DNA from: Gordonia zhaorongruii
GTDB taxonomy: Bacteria; Actinomycetota; Actinomycetes; Mycobacteriales; Mycobacteriaceae
Direction of reading: 5' to 3'
DNA: 24,000 nt
NCBI RefSeq assembly: GCF_007559005.1
Contig: NZ_CP041763.1
Span: 690,463-714,462, forward strand
Part shown: positions 1 to 9,153 of the stretch, in pieces
How the letters are laid out: every line of letters begins with the position of its first letter
Numbering within the stretch: position 1 is the stretch's first letter
Made by a program: the position numbers and the translations under genes
Notes under the pieces: model-generated
Databases searched by the model: none
Told to the model about the DNA's origin: nothing
What the model saw: only the letters and a program-made list of their open reading frames with translations

Positions 1-1790
1 TCGACGCGATGGCTCAAGAAGCGAACCGGCGACGACGGGAGCTGCTGCGCGACCGCAACCTCGACGGCACCTTCGACGAGGTGCGCAGGCTCCTCGACTC
101 GGCGGTGCTCAGCGAACGCAAACAACTGGCGCGCGATCTCGATGACGACGCTCGATTCGCCGAGATGCAGATCGGCAGCCTGCCCGCGTCGACGGCGCAG
201 GCGGTACGTGAGTTGTCGGACTACGACTGGCGCAGTCCCGACGCCCGCGCGGACTACGAGAAGATCTCGGATCTGCTCGGGCGTGAAGCCCTGGAGCAGC
301 GGTTCGCGGGCATGAAGGAAGCGCTCGAGGGCGCGACAGATGAGGACCGGCAGCGCATCTCCGAGATGCTCGCAGATCTCAACGACTTACTCGCCAAACA
401 CAACTCGGGCGCTGACACCACCGCCGACTTCGAGAAGTTCATGGAACGGCACGGGGAGTTCTTCCCGGAGGACCCGCAGAACACGGACGAACTCGTCGAT
501 GCCCTCGCTCGTCGTTCGGCGGCCGCACAGCAGATGTTCAATTCGCTGACCCCGGAGCAGCAGGCAGAGCTCGCGGAGCTGTCGGCGCAGGCGTTCGGGT
601 CTCCGGAGCTGATGAACTCGCTCGCGCAGATGGACTCCGCGTTGCGTGCCGCGCGACCGGATCTGGACTGGGACTCCGGGCAGCAGTTCTCGGGCGATCA
701 GCCGATGGGGCTCGGTGAAGGTGCTGCCGCGTTGCGCGACACCGCCGAGCTCGAGGAACTCGCCGAGCAGTTGTCGCAGGGGTACGCCGGTGCGCAGATG
801 GAGGACATCGACATCGACGCGCTCGCCCGGCAGCTCGGTGACGAGGCGGCAGCAGATGCACGCACGCTCACCGACCTCGAGCGCAGCCTGCGCGATCAGG
901 GCTTCTTTCAGCGGGCTCCAGACGGCTCACTGAAGCTGAGCCCGAAGGCGATGCGCCGGTTGGGGCAGGCGATCCTGCGGGACGTCGCAGCGCAGTTGTC
1001 CTCGCGGGGCGGCGATCGCCGCACGGATCTGGCCGGGCGCCTCGGCGAACCGACCGGAGCCACGCGCGAGTGGGCGTTCGGCGACACCGAACCGTGGGAC
1101 GTGACGCGCACGGTGACCAACGCGGTGCTGCGGACTGCGACGGAGTCGCCCGGGGCGGTGGGCCCCGGCGTGCGCATCGACGTCCGCGATGTCGAGGTCA
1201 CCGAGACCGAGGCGCGGACCCAAGCCGCGGTCGTGCTGCTGGTCGACACGTCGTTCTCCATGGTGATGGAGGGGCGGTGGACGCCGATGAAGCGGACCGC
1301 ACTCGCTCTCAATCAGCTGATCTCGACTCGTTTCCGGTCCGACGAGCTCCATCTGATCGAATTCGGAAGGCACGCACGGTCGACGTCCGTCGACGAACTG
1401 ACCGGGCTGGAACCGCGCATGGAGCAGGGCACCAACCTGCACCACGCGCTGCTGCTCGCACATCGGCACCTCCGCAGGTTCCCGAACGCGCAACCGGTAC
1501 TGCTGATCGTCACCGACGGTGAGCCGACCGCCCACCTGGAACCCGACGGCGAAGCGTTCTTCTGGTACCCGCCGCACCCGCAGACCATCGGCCTCACCGT
1601 CCGGGAACTGGACCACCTGTCCCGCATGGGCACGCAGGTCACGTTCTTCCGTCTCGGCGACGATCCCGGACTCGCGAACTTCATCGACCGCATCGCGCGC
1701 CGGATCGGCGGACGTGTCGTCGCGCCCGACATCGACGGCCTCGGTGCCGCCGTGGTCGGTGATTACCTGCGGACGCGAAAGACTCGCTGA
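1..1790 (+). CDS. VWA (von Willebrand factor A) domain-containing protein, 5'-partial
   Basis: Frame 3 is open from the window edge, with no stop before the first ATG at 9, so the gene most likely begins upstream. The C-terminal third carries a MIDAS-like motif VVLLVDTSFSM (DxSxS) and LLIVTDGEPT, typical of MoxR-associated VWA proteins. GC3 is high. Confidence 0.8.
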   Translation, partial: DAMAQEANRRRRELLRDRNLDGTFDEVRRLLDSAVLSERKQLARDLDDDARFAEMQIGSLPASTAQAVRELSDYDWRSPDARADYEKISDLLGREALEQRFAGMKEALEGATDEDRQRISEMLADLNDLLAKHNSGADTTADFEKFMERHGEFFPEDPQNTDELVDALARRSAAAQQMFNSLTPEQQAELAELSAQAFGSPELMNSLAQMDSALRAARPDLDWDSGQQFSGDQPMGLGEGAAALRDTAELEELAEQLSQGYAGAQMEDIDIDALARQLGDEAAADARTLTDLERSLRDQGFFQRAPDGSLKLSPKAMRRLGQAILRDVAAQLSSRGGDRRTDLAGRLGEPTGATREWAFGDTEPWDVTRTVTNAVLRTATESPGAVGPGVRIDVRDVEVTETEARTQAAVVLLVDTSFSMVMEGRWTPMKRTALALNQLISTRFRSDELHLIEFGRHARSTSVDELTGLEPRMEQGTNLHHALLLAHRHLRRFPNAQPVLLIVTDGEPTAHLEPDGEAFFWYPPHPQTIGLTVRELDHLSRMGTQVTFFRLGDDPGLANFIDRIARRIGGRVVAPDIDGLGAAVVGDYLRTRKTR

Positions 1791-1811
1791 GCGGACGTAT
1801 TCGCTCGGCGG

Positions 1812-2333
1812 TCAGCCGAGGATCCGGGCCCGCAGCCGCTCGATCGGATCGGCATCGCCGTGGCCGGGCTGTGGATCCGAGTGGTCGGCCGGGCCGACGA
1901 GCCGGGTCTCCCACCTGGTCCAGTCGCGCACGGCCCATCGCTCGGCGATCGCCCAGCGGCCCGCGCGCCGCTGGAAGTGGTCGACGTAGCGCAGACCGGT
2001 GGTGAGAAATGCCTGCAGGGGCTTGTCCGGATCGGCCCAATGGGTTGCGGTCACGTAGGACTCGAGGACCGCGTCGTCGCCGTTGCGTTCGCACAGCTGG
2101 TTGCCCACCTGATGGTGCGTCCCGCCCAGCTGAGCCAGCTGACCGTCCACCCAGACGATGAAGGCGTCCACGGGCCCGGTGAAATCGCCGTGGTGGTCCA
2201 CGGCTCCGGGGTGATAGCAGTCGCGGACCAGGTCGAAGTCTCGCCGGTCGATACCGCGGCAGTACCGCAGCACCACATCGTGGATCTCCTGGCGGGACAC
2301 CAGGTCGGCGAGCGTTGGATCGGCGGACGTCAT
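1812..2333 (-). CDS. NTF2-fold / SnoaL-like family protein
   Basis: 173-aa ORF with an ATG start at 2333. The N-terminus ADLVSRQEIHDVVLRYCRGIDRRDFDLVRDCYHPGAV...H and the size are typical of SnoaL_4/NTF2-like proteins. The coding-frame GC3 is high, and the ORFs overlapping it on the + strand are Arg/Pro-rich shadows. Confidence 0.7.
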   Translation of the reverse strand: MTSADPTLADLVSRQEIHDVVLRYCRGIDRRDFDLVRDCYHPGAVDHHGDFTGPVDAFIVWVDGQLAQLGGTHHQVGNQLCERNGDDAVLESYVTATHWADPDKPLQAFLTTGLRYVDHFQRRAGRWAIAERWAVRDWTRWETRLVGPADHSDPQPGHGDADPIERLRARILG

Positions 2334-2365
2334 GGTGCGAGTGGACCACGCGGCGTCCGCCCGGT

Positions 2366-2953
2366 ATGCAGAAACAGATGGGATTCACTCGCGCCGAACT
2401 ACTCGCCTTCGCCGGCACGACGGTGCCCGATCTGGTCGGGCCGGGCTGCCGGCTGCTGATCTCCGGGATCAACCCCGGTCTGTGGACGGCGGCGACCGGT
2501 GCTCACTTCGGCCACCCGGGCAATCGGTTCTACCCGGCGCTGTACGAGGCGGGCATCACCGGCCACCTGATCGACGCCTCCGGCGGGATGCGCGACGCCG
2601 ACCGGGCGGCGCTGATCGAGGCGGGGATCGGCATCACCAACGTCGTCGCCCGGGCCACCGCGAAGGCCTCCGAACTCGACGAGAGCGAGCTCCTCGTCGG
2701 CGGCGAGAAGCTGGCGGCGACGACCGAGCACGTTGGCCCGACGGTGCTGGCGATCCTCGGTGTCACCGCGTACCGGACGGCCTTCGGCCGACGGAAGGCG
2801 ACGGTGGGCGAGCAGGAGGAGCAGATCGGCGGTGCGCGGCTGTGGGTGCTGCCGAATCCGAGTGGCCTGAACGCGCACGAGACTGTGGCGAGCCTCGCGT
2901 CCGCCTATCGCGGTGGGGCCGATGCCGCCGGGATTCCGGATCTGCGGCGCTGA
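2366..2953 (+). CDS. mug: G/U mismatch-specific uracil DNA glycosylase (Mug/TDG family)
   Basis: Contains the Mug signature motifs GINPG (LLISGINPGLW) and NPSGLN (LWVLPNPSGLNAH). It is collinear with E. coli Mug over the whole length. The start is placed at ATG 2366 (alternative ATG 2378), because the track start at 2315 would overlap the divergent gene. Confidence 0.9.
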   Translation: MQKQMGFTRAELLAFAGTTVPDLVGPGCRLLISGINPGLWTAATGAHFGHPGNRFYPALYEAGITGHLIDASGGMRDADRAALIEAGIGITNVVARATAKASELDESELLVGGEKLAATTEHVGPTVLAILGVTAYRTAFGRRKATVGEQEEQIGGARLWVLPNPSGLNAHETVASLASAYRGGADAAGIPDLRR

Positions 2954-2960
2954 GTCGTAC

Positions 2961-3893
2961 TCAGGCGAGGAGCAGCGCTATCACCGCGATGACCGGAACC
3001 GAGAGCACCGTGGTCACCAGTGCACTGTCGCGGGCGAGTACTTCACCTCGCCGGTACCGCGTCGCGTAGACCAGCACGTTCTGTGCGGTCGGTAGAGCGG
3101 CGATCACCACCTGAGCGAACAACTCGTCGCCCGTCATGCCGAATCCCCACCGGGCGACCGCGAAAGCGACGATCGGCATCACCGTCATCTTCAGCCCCGA
3201 CGCGAGGACGACGTCGCGCCGCGGGCTCTCGCCCTTCGCGAACACCGTCGCGCCGGTGAGGGTGAGCCCGAACGTCAGAAGTGCCAGCGGTACCGACGCC
3301 TGGCCGAGCATGTCGAGCGGTTCGAGGATCGCTCCGGGCGGCCGCCATCCGATGAGCGACACTGCCAGACCGATCACGCCGCCGATCAGAATCGGGTTGC
3401 GCAAGGGGACGGCCACCGTCCGCCATACCGACCGCCGCTCGCTCGAGTCGAGCGCAGTGATGTCGAGGGTCGCGAGTGCGACGGGGGAGTAGAAGACGAT
3501 CTGGAACAGCAGGAGCGGTGCGATGAAGGACGCGTCGTCGAGCACGAAGATCGCGATGGGCAGGCCCAGATTGACGCTGTTCACGTACGACGCCGACAGT
3601 GCGCCGATCACCGTCTCAGGAATCGGCCGGTGCAGCCAGTACCGGGCGATCGGAACGTAGACGACGGCGACCGAGAGCGCCGCGATCGACGCGACGGCCA
3701 GGGTCGGGGAGAACACCACCGACAGGTCGCTGGTCGCCAGCGAATGGATCAGCAGGGCCGGCGTGCAGACGAAGAAGACCAGCCGCGCGAGGGTGGTCGA
3801 GGCGTGTTCGCCGAGCGAACCCGTTCGGCCCAGAATGAAGCCGAGGCCGACGACGATGAAGATGACGGTGAAACCCGAGATGACGCCAGACAC
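2961..3893 (-). CDS. AEC (auxin efflux carrier) family transporter
   Basis: 310-aa polytopic membrane protein with a GTG start at 3893. The N-terminus MSGVISGFTVIFIVVGLGFILGR and about 10 hydrophobic segments in two halves are typical of the AEC/membrane transport protein family. Confidence 0.85.
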   Translation of the reverse strand: MSGVISGFTVIFIVVGLGFILGRTGSLGEHASTTLARLVFFVCTPALLIHSLATSDLSVVFSPTLAVASIAALSVAVVYVPIARYWLHRPIPETVIGALSASYVNSVNLGLPIAIFVLDDASFIAPLLLFQIVFYSPVALATLDITALDSSERRSVWRTVAVPLRNPILIGGVIGLAVSLIGWRPPGAILEPLDMLGQASVPLALLTFGLTLTGATVFAKGESPRRDVVLASGLKMTVMPIVAFAVARWGFGMTGDELFAQVVIAALPTAQNVLVYATRYRRGEVLARDSALVTTVLSVPVIAVIALLLA

Positions 3894-4067
3894 CCGCGCA
3901 ATGCTAGGCCGCTGGTCACACGTTTTGCCACATGAGGGCCCGGCCGGTTATTCTTGTCAGGTTGTGTGCCGCGGTCGGATTGCCGTGGATACAGGCGATC
4001 AAGCGGGTCAGGCGGATCGGGATCATTCCGAACCCCATCCGCGCCGAACGTGAGGAAGGCGAGAACC

Positions 4068-4241
4068 ATGGCAGTACCGAAGCGCCGGATGTCGCGGGCG
4101 AACACCCGTAGCCGTCGTTCGCAGTGGAAGGCAGACAATGCCCCGCTGCAGGAGGAGAAGATCAACGGTGTGACGCAGCGTATGCCGCGTCGCCTCGTCA
4201 AGGCCGTGAAGGCCGGACTGGTCGATCTCGACCGTCGCTGA
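4068..4241 (+). CDS. rpmF: 50S ribosomal protein L32 (Cys-less, zinc-independent form)
   Basis: [22 protein letters not shown] is the canonical L32 N-terminus. An ATG at 4068 is preceded by GAGGAAGG. The 95-aa track ORF from 3954 is an upstream extension without support. There is no CxxC pair. Confidence 0.95.
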   Translation: MAVPKRRMSRANTRSRRSQWKADNAPLQEEKINGVTQRMPRRLVKAVKAGLVDLDRR

Positions 4242-4274
4242 TCTGATCGCGACGAACTAGAGTTTCACTACAGG

Positions 4275-4318
4275 CTGCGGCCGATCGGGTGCTGAGGCAC
4301 TCGATCGGCCGCAGTTTT
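4275..4318 (+). terminator. Rho-independent terminator downstream of rpmF
   Basis: Perfect 13-bp inverted repeat CTGCGGCCGATCG (4275-4287) / CGATCGGCCGCAG (4302-4314), followed by TTTT (4315-4318). Confidence 0.8.
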
Positions 4319-4342
4319 GCGTGACTGCTGCGGAAACTGGCC

Positions 4343-4383
4343 AAAAAATCGAGGTCAGAGGGAAATCTTCCCTCTGACCTCGA
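4343..4383 (-). terminator. Rho-independent terminator downstream of the SDR gene
   Basis: Perfect 15-bp inverted repeat TCGAGGTCAGAGGGA (4349-4363) / TCCCTCTGACCTCGA (4369-4383) with a 5-nt loop. On the minus strand it is followed by TTTTTT (A-run 4343-4348 on plus). Confidence 0.8.
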
Positions 4384-4427
4384 TATTCTGGCTGTTCACC
4401 GCCACTGCACCGGCAGCGGTCGGTGCG

Positions 4428-5198
4428 CTACTGCGCGAGGAACTTGTTGACCGTGCGGTTCAGTGCGTTCGGGATGAACTTGGCGGCGTTGCCGAGCACG
4501 GTGGTCTGCAGCCCGACCGAGTAGCTGGTGCGATGCAGTGCTTTGTCGACCGCGGTCGGATGCACCGACTCCCACACCTTGGCGGCGACATCCTCCGGGG
4601 TGAGGCGGATGCCGAGGTTCTGTGCGGACTTCGAGTCCTCGTCGGCCAGAGCGGTCTTCGCCCACAGCGGCCAGATGGAGACCGGCCGGATGTCGTCGTC
4701 CGACCATTCGAGTTCGAGTGCCTCGGTGAGACCGCCGACGTAGAACTTGGTGGCACTGTAGGTGGCGATCCCGGGCTGCCCGTAGATGGCCGACGCGGAC
4801 GCGATGTTCACCAGGTGAGCACCGGGGGTGGCCTTGAGGTACGGGTACGCGGCCCGCGCGCCGAGAGTGACGCCGAGCGCGTCGATGTCGATCTGCGCCT
4901 TGATGGCGTCCGGCGAGATGTCGGCGAGTTTGCCGGAGAGCAGGATGCCCGCGTTGTTGTCGAGGACGTCGAGCTCGCCACCCGTGTGCGACGTGAAGTC
5001 GGCGAGTGCGGCGTCCCACTGGTCGGGGTCGCGCACGTCGAGGGTGCCGGTGATGATCTCGGGGTCTGTCGCCTTCAGTGCTGCGAGGGCGTCGGCGGAG
5101 ACGTCGTAGACACCCACGGTCCAGCCCTCGGACCGGAAAAGCTGGGCGGTGGCGAGACCGATACCGGCGGCACCGCCGGAGATGAAGATCGACGACAT
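4428..5198 (-). CDS. SDR family NAD(P)-dependent oxidoreductase
   Basis: The start is placed at the internal ATG (5198), preceded by GAGGAG. The N-terminus MSSIFISGGAAGIGLA carries the TGxxxGxG-type Rossmann motif. NNAG and the catalytic YSATK (YxxxK) are present. The longer track ORF (to 5348) adds a non-homologous Arg-rich leader. Confidence 0.9.
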   Translation of the reverse strand: MSSIFISGGAAGIGLATAQLFRSEGWTVGVYDVSADALAALKATDPEIITGTLDVRDPDQWDAALADFTSHTGGELDVLDNNAGILLSGKLADISPDAIKAQIDIDALGVTLGARAAYPYLKATPGAHLVNIASASAIYGQPGIATYSATKFYVGGLTEALELEWSDDDIRPVSIWPLWAKTALADEDSKSAQNLGIRLTPEDVAAKVWESVHPTAVDKALHRTSYSVGLQTTVLGNAAKFIPNALNRTVNKFLAQ

Positions 5199-5407
5199 GG
5201 AGCACTCCTCTGAACTGGCGACGGTTCGCCACGGTTTTCGTACTGGCCGGTAACCCCCTCCGAACCAATAGACATTGTTACATGGGCGGTTCCGACGCTG
5301 AAATGCGTGATCCGGGATCTGCGAACATCGCTGGTTGCGGCGCTCCATAGGGGGTGAGTTGCGTGTCTTTTAAGCTGGATCTCAGTTGAGGCGTTAAGAC
5401 TGTAGAC

Positions 5408-6097
5408 ATGCGCATTCTCGTGGTTGACGACGATCGGGCCGTTCGGGAGTCTCTTCGGCGGTCTCTGACGTTCAACGGGTACACGGTCGACACGGCGGGC
5501 GACGGCCTCGAAGCACTCGAGAAGGTGATCGCGGACCGGCCCGACCTGATGGTGCTCGACGTGATGATGCCGCGTCTGGACGGGCTCGAGGTCTGCCGCC
5601 GACTCCGGTCCGCCGGTGACGATCTCCCGATCCTCGTGCTGACGGCGCGCGACTCGGTGTCCGAGCGGGTGAGCGGACTCGATGCGGGCGCCGACGACTA
5701 TCTGCCGAAGCCGTTCGCACTCGAGGAACTCCTCGCCCGTCTGCGCTCGCTGCAGCGTCGCACCACGCGCGAAGACGAGGAGGGCTCGGAGGCCGTCTCG
5801 TTCTCGGATCTGACGCTCGACCCGGTGACCCGCGAGGTGACCCGGGGTGAGCGCCAGATCAGTCTGACGCGTACCGAGTTCGCGCTGATGGAGATGCTGA
5901 TGGCGAATCCGAAGCGCGTCCTCACGCGGAGCCGGATCCTCGAGGAGGTGTGGGGATACGATTTCCCGACCTCCGGGAACGCCCTCGAGGTGTACATCGG
6001 CTACCTGCGGCGCAAGACGGAGGCAGAAGACGAACCACGGCTGATTCACACGGTCCGGGGTGTCGGGTACGTGCTCCGCGAGAACAACCCGCAGTAG
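5408..6097 (+). CDS. mprA: OmpR-family response regulator MprA
   Basis: [20 protein letters not shown]...[13 protein letters not shown]...ADDYLPKPF receiver domain plus a winged-helix C-terminus ([18 protein letters not shown]). It sits in the mprA-mprB-pepD order found in mycobacteria. Confidence 0.93.
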   Translation: MRILVVDDDRAVRESLRRSLTFNGYTVDTAGDGLEALEKVIADRPDLMVLDVMMPRLDGLEVCRRLRSAGDDLPILVLTARDSVSERVSGLDAGADDYLPKPFALEELLARLRSLQRRTTREDEEGSEAVSFSDLTLDPVTREVTRGERQISLTRTEFALMEMLMANPKRVLTRSRILEEVWGYDFPTSGNALEVYIGYLRRKTEAEDEPRLIHTVRGVGYVLRENNPQ

Positions 6098-6110
6098 CCG
6101 AGCACCGTTG

Positions 6111-7568
6111 ATGCGTTTCCTGCGCCGTACCCCCGGCGGTCGCCGCCCGATGCGTGCGCCGATGGCGCTCACGCGTTCGGTGTCGCTGCGAACGCGCGTC
6201 GCACTGCTCGCGGCAGCCGTCGTCGTGCTGACGGCGTCGTTGATGGCGGGCGCCGCGTACGTGGTGGTCTACCGGTCGCTGTACAAGGACGTGGACACCC
6301 AGCTGATCGCACGCGCCGACGGAATGACGGCCCTGTCGAAGCTCGGCAGACTGAGCAGTGGCCCCGAGGCCCTGCTCGCCGGAACCGTGTTCTCCACGTC
6401 GATCTCGATCGCGCTCGTCGAGCCCGACGGCCACACGTACATGGTCGGTGAGGTGCCGTACGGCGAGCAGGAGGGCGAGGTCATCGAGTCGGTGAATCCC
6501 CGCGGCCGTCTCAATCAGAGTCTGCGGACGACGTCGAATCAACGGGTCCTGGCGCGCAAGCTGTCCGACGGCAGCACGTTGATGATGGCGCAGTCACTGG
6601 CCCGTACGGACGCGGTCCTCAAACGGCTGGCATCGGTGCTGTTCATCGCCGGAGGCGTCGGCGTCGCGTTCGCCGCCCTTGCCGGCACCTTCGTGGCGCG
6701 TGGCGGTTTGAGACCGGTGGCCCGACTCACCGCGGCGGCCGAACGGGTGGCCCGCACTCAGGATCTGCGACCGATCCCGGTGACGGGCGAGGACGAGCTG
6801 GCCCGGCTCACGGAGAGCTTCAACACGATGCTGCTCGCGCTGTCGGAGTCGCGCGACCAGCAGGCGCGGCTGGTCGCCGACGCGGGTCACGAACTGAAGA
6901 CCCCGTTGACGTCGCTGCGCACGAATCTCGAACTGCTGATCGCGTCGTCGGCGCCCGGTGCACCGCCGATCCCGGCGGCCGACATGGTGGAACTGCGCTC
7001 GGACGTGGTGGCCCAGATCGAAGAGCTGTCGACGCTGGTCGGCGATCTGGTCGACCTGGCGCGGGAGGACGCGCACGACACCGTGCACGAAGAGGTGGCA
7101 GTGGAAGAGGTGATCGACGGGGCGCTCGAACGAGTCCGTCGTCGCCGCGCCGACATCGAGTTCGACGTGCAGACTGCGCCGTGGTTCGTCTTCGGTGAGG
7201 AGCACGGATTGTCCCGAGCAGCGCTCAACGTCCTCGACAACGCGGCGAAGTGGAGTCCGCCGGGCCGTACGGTGGTGGTCCGCTTGGCGCAGACCGGCCC
7301 TGCGACGGCGGAGCTGACCGTTGCCGACGCCGGCCCGGGCATCCCACCGGAGGACCGCATGCGGGTGTTCGAGCGCTTCTACCGCGCTGATGCGACGCGG
7401 ACGATGCCCGGTTCGGGCCTCGGTCTGGCGATCGTCCGGCAGGTGGTGGTGCGGATCGGCGGATCGGTGGCCGCCGAGACGTCTGCGGAGGGCGGCGCGC
7501 TCATCCGCATGACGCTTCCCGGCTCGCCGACGCACCGGGAGCCCGATCCGGTCGTCGTACCCCGGTAG
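6111..7568 (+). CDS. mprB: Sensor histidine kinase MprB
   Basis: Two TM segments flank a periplasmic loop. These are followed by a HAMP region, an H-box AGHELKTPLTSL, an N-box LDNAAKWSP, and G-boxes DAGPGIP / GSGLGLAIV. The start is taken as ATG 6111, 13 nt after the mprA stop; the track start at 6060 overlaps mprA. Confidence 0.9.
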   Translation: MRFLRRTPGGRRPMRAPMALTRSVSLRTRVALLAAAVVVLTASLMAGAAYVVVYRSLYKDVDTQLIARADGMTALSKLGRLSSGPEALLAGTVFSTSISIALVEPDGHTYMVGEVPYGEQEGEVIESVNPRGRLNQSLRTTSNQRVLARKLSDGSTLMMAQSLARTDAVLKRLASVLFIAGGVGVAFAALAGTFVARGGLRPVARLTAAAERVARTQDLRPIPVTGEDELARLTESFNTMLLALSESRDQQARLVADAGHELKTPLTSLRTNLELLIASSAPGAPPIPAADMVELRSDVVAQIEELSTLVGDLVDLAREDAHDTVHEEVAVEEVIDGALERVRRRRADIEFDVQTAPWFVFGEEHGLSRAALNVLDNAAKWSPPGRTVVVRLAQTGPATAELTVADAGPGIPPEDRMRVFERFYRADATRTMPGSGLGLAIVRQVVVRIGGSVAAETSAEGGALIRMTLPGSPTHREPDPVVVPR

Positions 7569-7589
7569 CGGTGCAAGATGCGTCACAGT

Positions 7590-7634
7590 CTGTGAGATTC
7601 CCAGAATTCTTCCGCGTTACCTGTGGATTCCCAG
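7590..7634 (+). promoter_or_regulatory. Direct repeat CTGTG(A)GATTCCCAG x2 upstream of pepD (candidate regulator binding sites)
   Basis: CTGTGAGATTCCCAG (7590-7604) and CTGTGGATTCCCAG (7621-7634). The 9-mer GATTCCCAG recurs exactly 30 bp apart in the mprB-pepD intergenic region. A TANNNT hexamer TAGGGT lies at 7666-7671. Confidence 0.35.
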
Positions 7635-7679
7635 CAGCCTTTGACCAACCTCACAGGCATGTGCCATAGGGTCGAGACC

Positions 7680-9122
7680 ATGACAGAGGGCGGACAGCAC
7701 GAGAATCCGGAGCGCGACGGACAGGCACCGTCGCCGAACCCGTACCCCGGCAGCGGACAGCCGCCCCCCGTGCCTCCGACCGGTGGATTCACGGCTGCGC
7801 CGTACCAGGGAAGGCCCGCCGGTGATCCGACTGCGCAATGGTCTGCGCACCCCGGACCCGGACAACAGGGGCCGACGACCCCGGGAGCCGGGCAGCCAGG
7901 GTCCACCGCGCCCTTCGGATACGGGCCACCGCAGGGCGGCCCGCCCACCGAGACGCAGACGACCGGGCCACTCGATTTCGGGACGCAGTCGGGCGCACCG
8001 TTCTCGGGCTCGGTCCCGCCCCAGCAGCCCCACTCAGGTTCTGGCGGTGGAGGCGGATTCGGGAAGAAGGCGCTTCTCGGTGGACTGGCGGTTGTCGTTC
8101 TAGCCGTAGGCGCAGGCGCCGGGGCAGGTGCGATCGTGGCAGACCGCAACGGATCGTCCAGCTCGTCCACGTCGCTGGCGACCGGCCCCACCGAGACCAG
8201 CCAGCCGGCTGCCGAGCCGGGCTCCGTCCAGGAGACGGCGTCTCGGGTGCTTCCGTCCGTCGTGTCGATCACCGTGGGCAACGGCCGCCAGGTCGGTTCG
8301 GGATCGGGTGTCATCCTGTCCAGCGACGGAACCATCCTGACCAACAACCACGTCGTCGCGCCGGCCGGCCGGGGGCAGGTGCTGGTCAGCTTCAACAACG
8401 GATCCCGTGCGATGGCGCGGGTGGTCGGCGCAGACCCCGTCTCCGACATCGCCGTCATCAAGGCCGACGCCGACGGACTCACGCCGGTCACCGTCGGCGC
8501 CTCGAGCAATCTCACCGTCGGGCAGGATGTGATCGCCATCGGTTCGCCGCTCGGACTCGAGGGCACGGTCACGACGGGCATCATCTCGGCGCTCAACCGC
8601 CCGGTATCGACGTCCGGTGCCGGTGGCTCGCAGGACTCGGTGATCGACGCGATCCAGACGGATGCCGCGATCAATCCCGGCAACTCGGGTGGCGCCCTGG
8701 TCAACTCGAAGGGCGCACTGATCGGCGTGAACACGGCGATCGCCACGATGGGCGGATCCCAGGGCGAGGCGGGAAGCATCGGCCTGGGCTTCTCGATTCC
8801 GGTGGACCAGGCGATGCGAGTCGCGAAACAGCTGCAGGATTCGGGAGAGGTGAACCATCCGAGCCTCGGCGTGTCCGTCCGTGCCAGCACCGATCTGGAG
8901 AAGCCGGGTGCGCTCGTCGCCTCGGTCGTCAAGGGCAGTCCCGCCGCTGATGCGGATATTCCGTCCGGCGCGCTGATCACGGGTCTCGACGACCGCAAGA
9001 TCAATACTTCGGACGCTCTCGTCGCGGCCGTCCGTTCGCACGCTCCGGGGGATACGGTGAAGGTCACCTACTCGGTGAACGGGCAGAGCAAGAGCGCCGA
9101 GATCAAACTCGGCTCCATGTGA
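7680..9122 (+). CDS. pepD: HtrA-family serine protease PepD (trypsin-like domain + PDZ)
   Basis: The catalytic triad contexts are TNNHVV (His), SDIAVIK (Asp) and GNSGGALV (Ser). A C-terminal PDZ-like segment is present. The N-terminal Pro/Gly/Gln-rich region is followed by one TM helix (LLGGLAVVVLAVGAGAGAGAIV). The start is uncertain: ATG 7680 is preferred, GTG 7623 is possible. Confidence 0.9.
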   Translation: MTEGGQHENPERDGQAPSPNPYPGSGQPPPVPPTGGFTAAPYQGRPAGDPTAQWSAHPGPGQQGPTTPGAGQPGSTAPFGYGPPQGGPPTETQTTGPLDFGTQSGAPFSGSVPPQQPHSGSGGGGGFGKKALLGGLAVVVLAVGAGAGAGAIVADRNGSSSSSTSLATGPTETSQPAAEPGSVQETASRVLPSVVSITVGNGRQVGSGSGVILSSDGTILTNNHVVAPAGRGQVLVSFNNGSRAMARVVGADPVSDIAVIKADADGLTPVTVGASSNLTVGQDVIAIGSPLGLEGTVTTGIISALNRPVSTSGAGGSQDSVIDAIQTDAAINPGNSGGALVNSKGALIGVNTAIATMGGSQGEAGSIGLGFSIPVDQAMRVAKQLQDSGEVNHPSLGVSVRASTDLEKPGALVASVVKGSPAADADIPSGALITGLDDRKINTSDALVAAVRSHAPGDTVKVTYSVNGQSKSAEIKLGSM

Positions 9123-9153
9123 CCGGGTCCGTCAACGAAAAGAGAGGCCGACG

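Noticed and set aside
2334-2365. Only 32 nt separate the divergent NTF2-like and mug start codons
   Set aside because: This probably reflects leaderless transcription or an imprecise start call, both common in actinobacteria. I saw no distinctive element in the gap.
3954-4067. Upstream 38-codon extension of rpmF in the track ORF 3954..4241
   Set aside because: L32 universally begins MAVPKRR. An ATG at 4068 has its own SD, and the extension has no homology and poor codon bias.
5216-5231. Palindrome TGGCGA-CGGT-TCGCCA just upstream of the SDR gene start
   Set aside because: The arms are only 6 bp, in GC-rich DNA, so this is expected by chance. There is no adjacent regulator gene.
5370-5398. 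TTAAG direct repeat and a CTCAGTTGAG mini-palindrome upstream of mprA, considered as an MprA autoregulatory box
   Set aside because: The repeats are only 5 bp long and 24 bp apart. They do not fit the described architecture of two 8-bp repeats separated by 3 nt, and I cannot recall the consensus well enough to score them.
7583-9067. 494-aa minus-strand ORF antisense to pepD. Similar long antisense or alternative-frame ORFs occur at 6594..7586, 12329..13483, 12319..13587, 14314..15321, 16402..17187, 18031..18723, 19517..21016, 21039..21992 and 23189..23992.
   Set aside because: These are Arg/Pro/Gly-rich translations with no recognisable motifs. They lie opposite or out of frame to genes with strong family signatures and high GC3. 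This is typical of shadow ORFs in high-GC DNA, where stop codons are rare.
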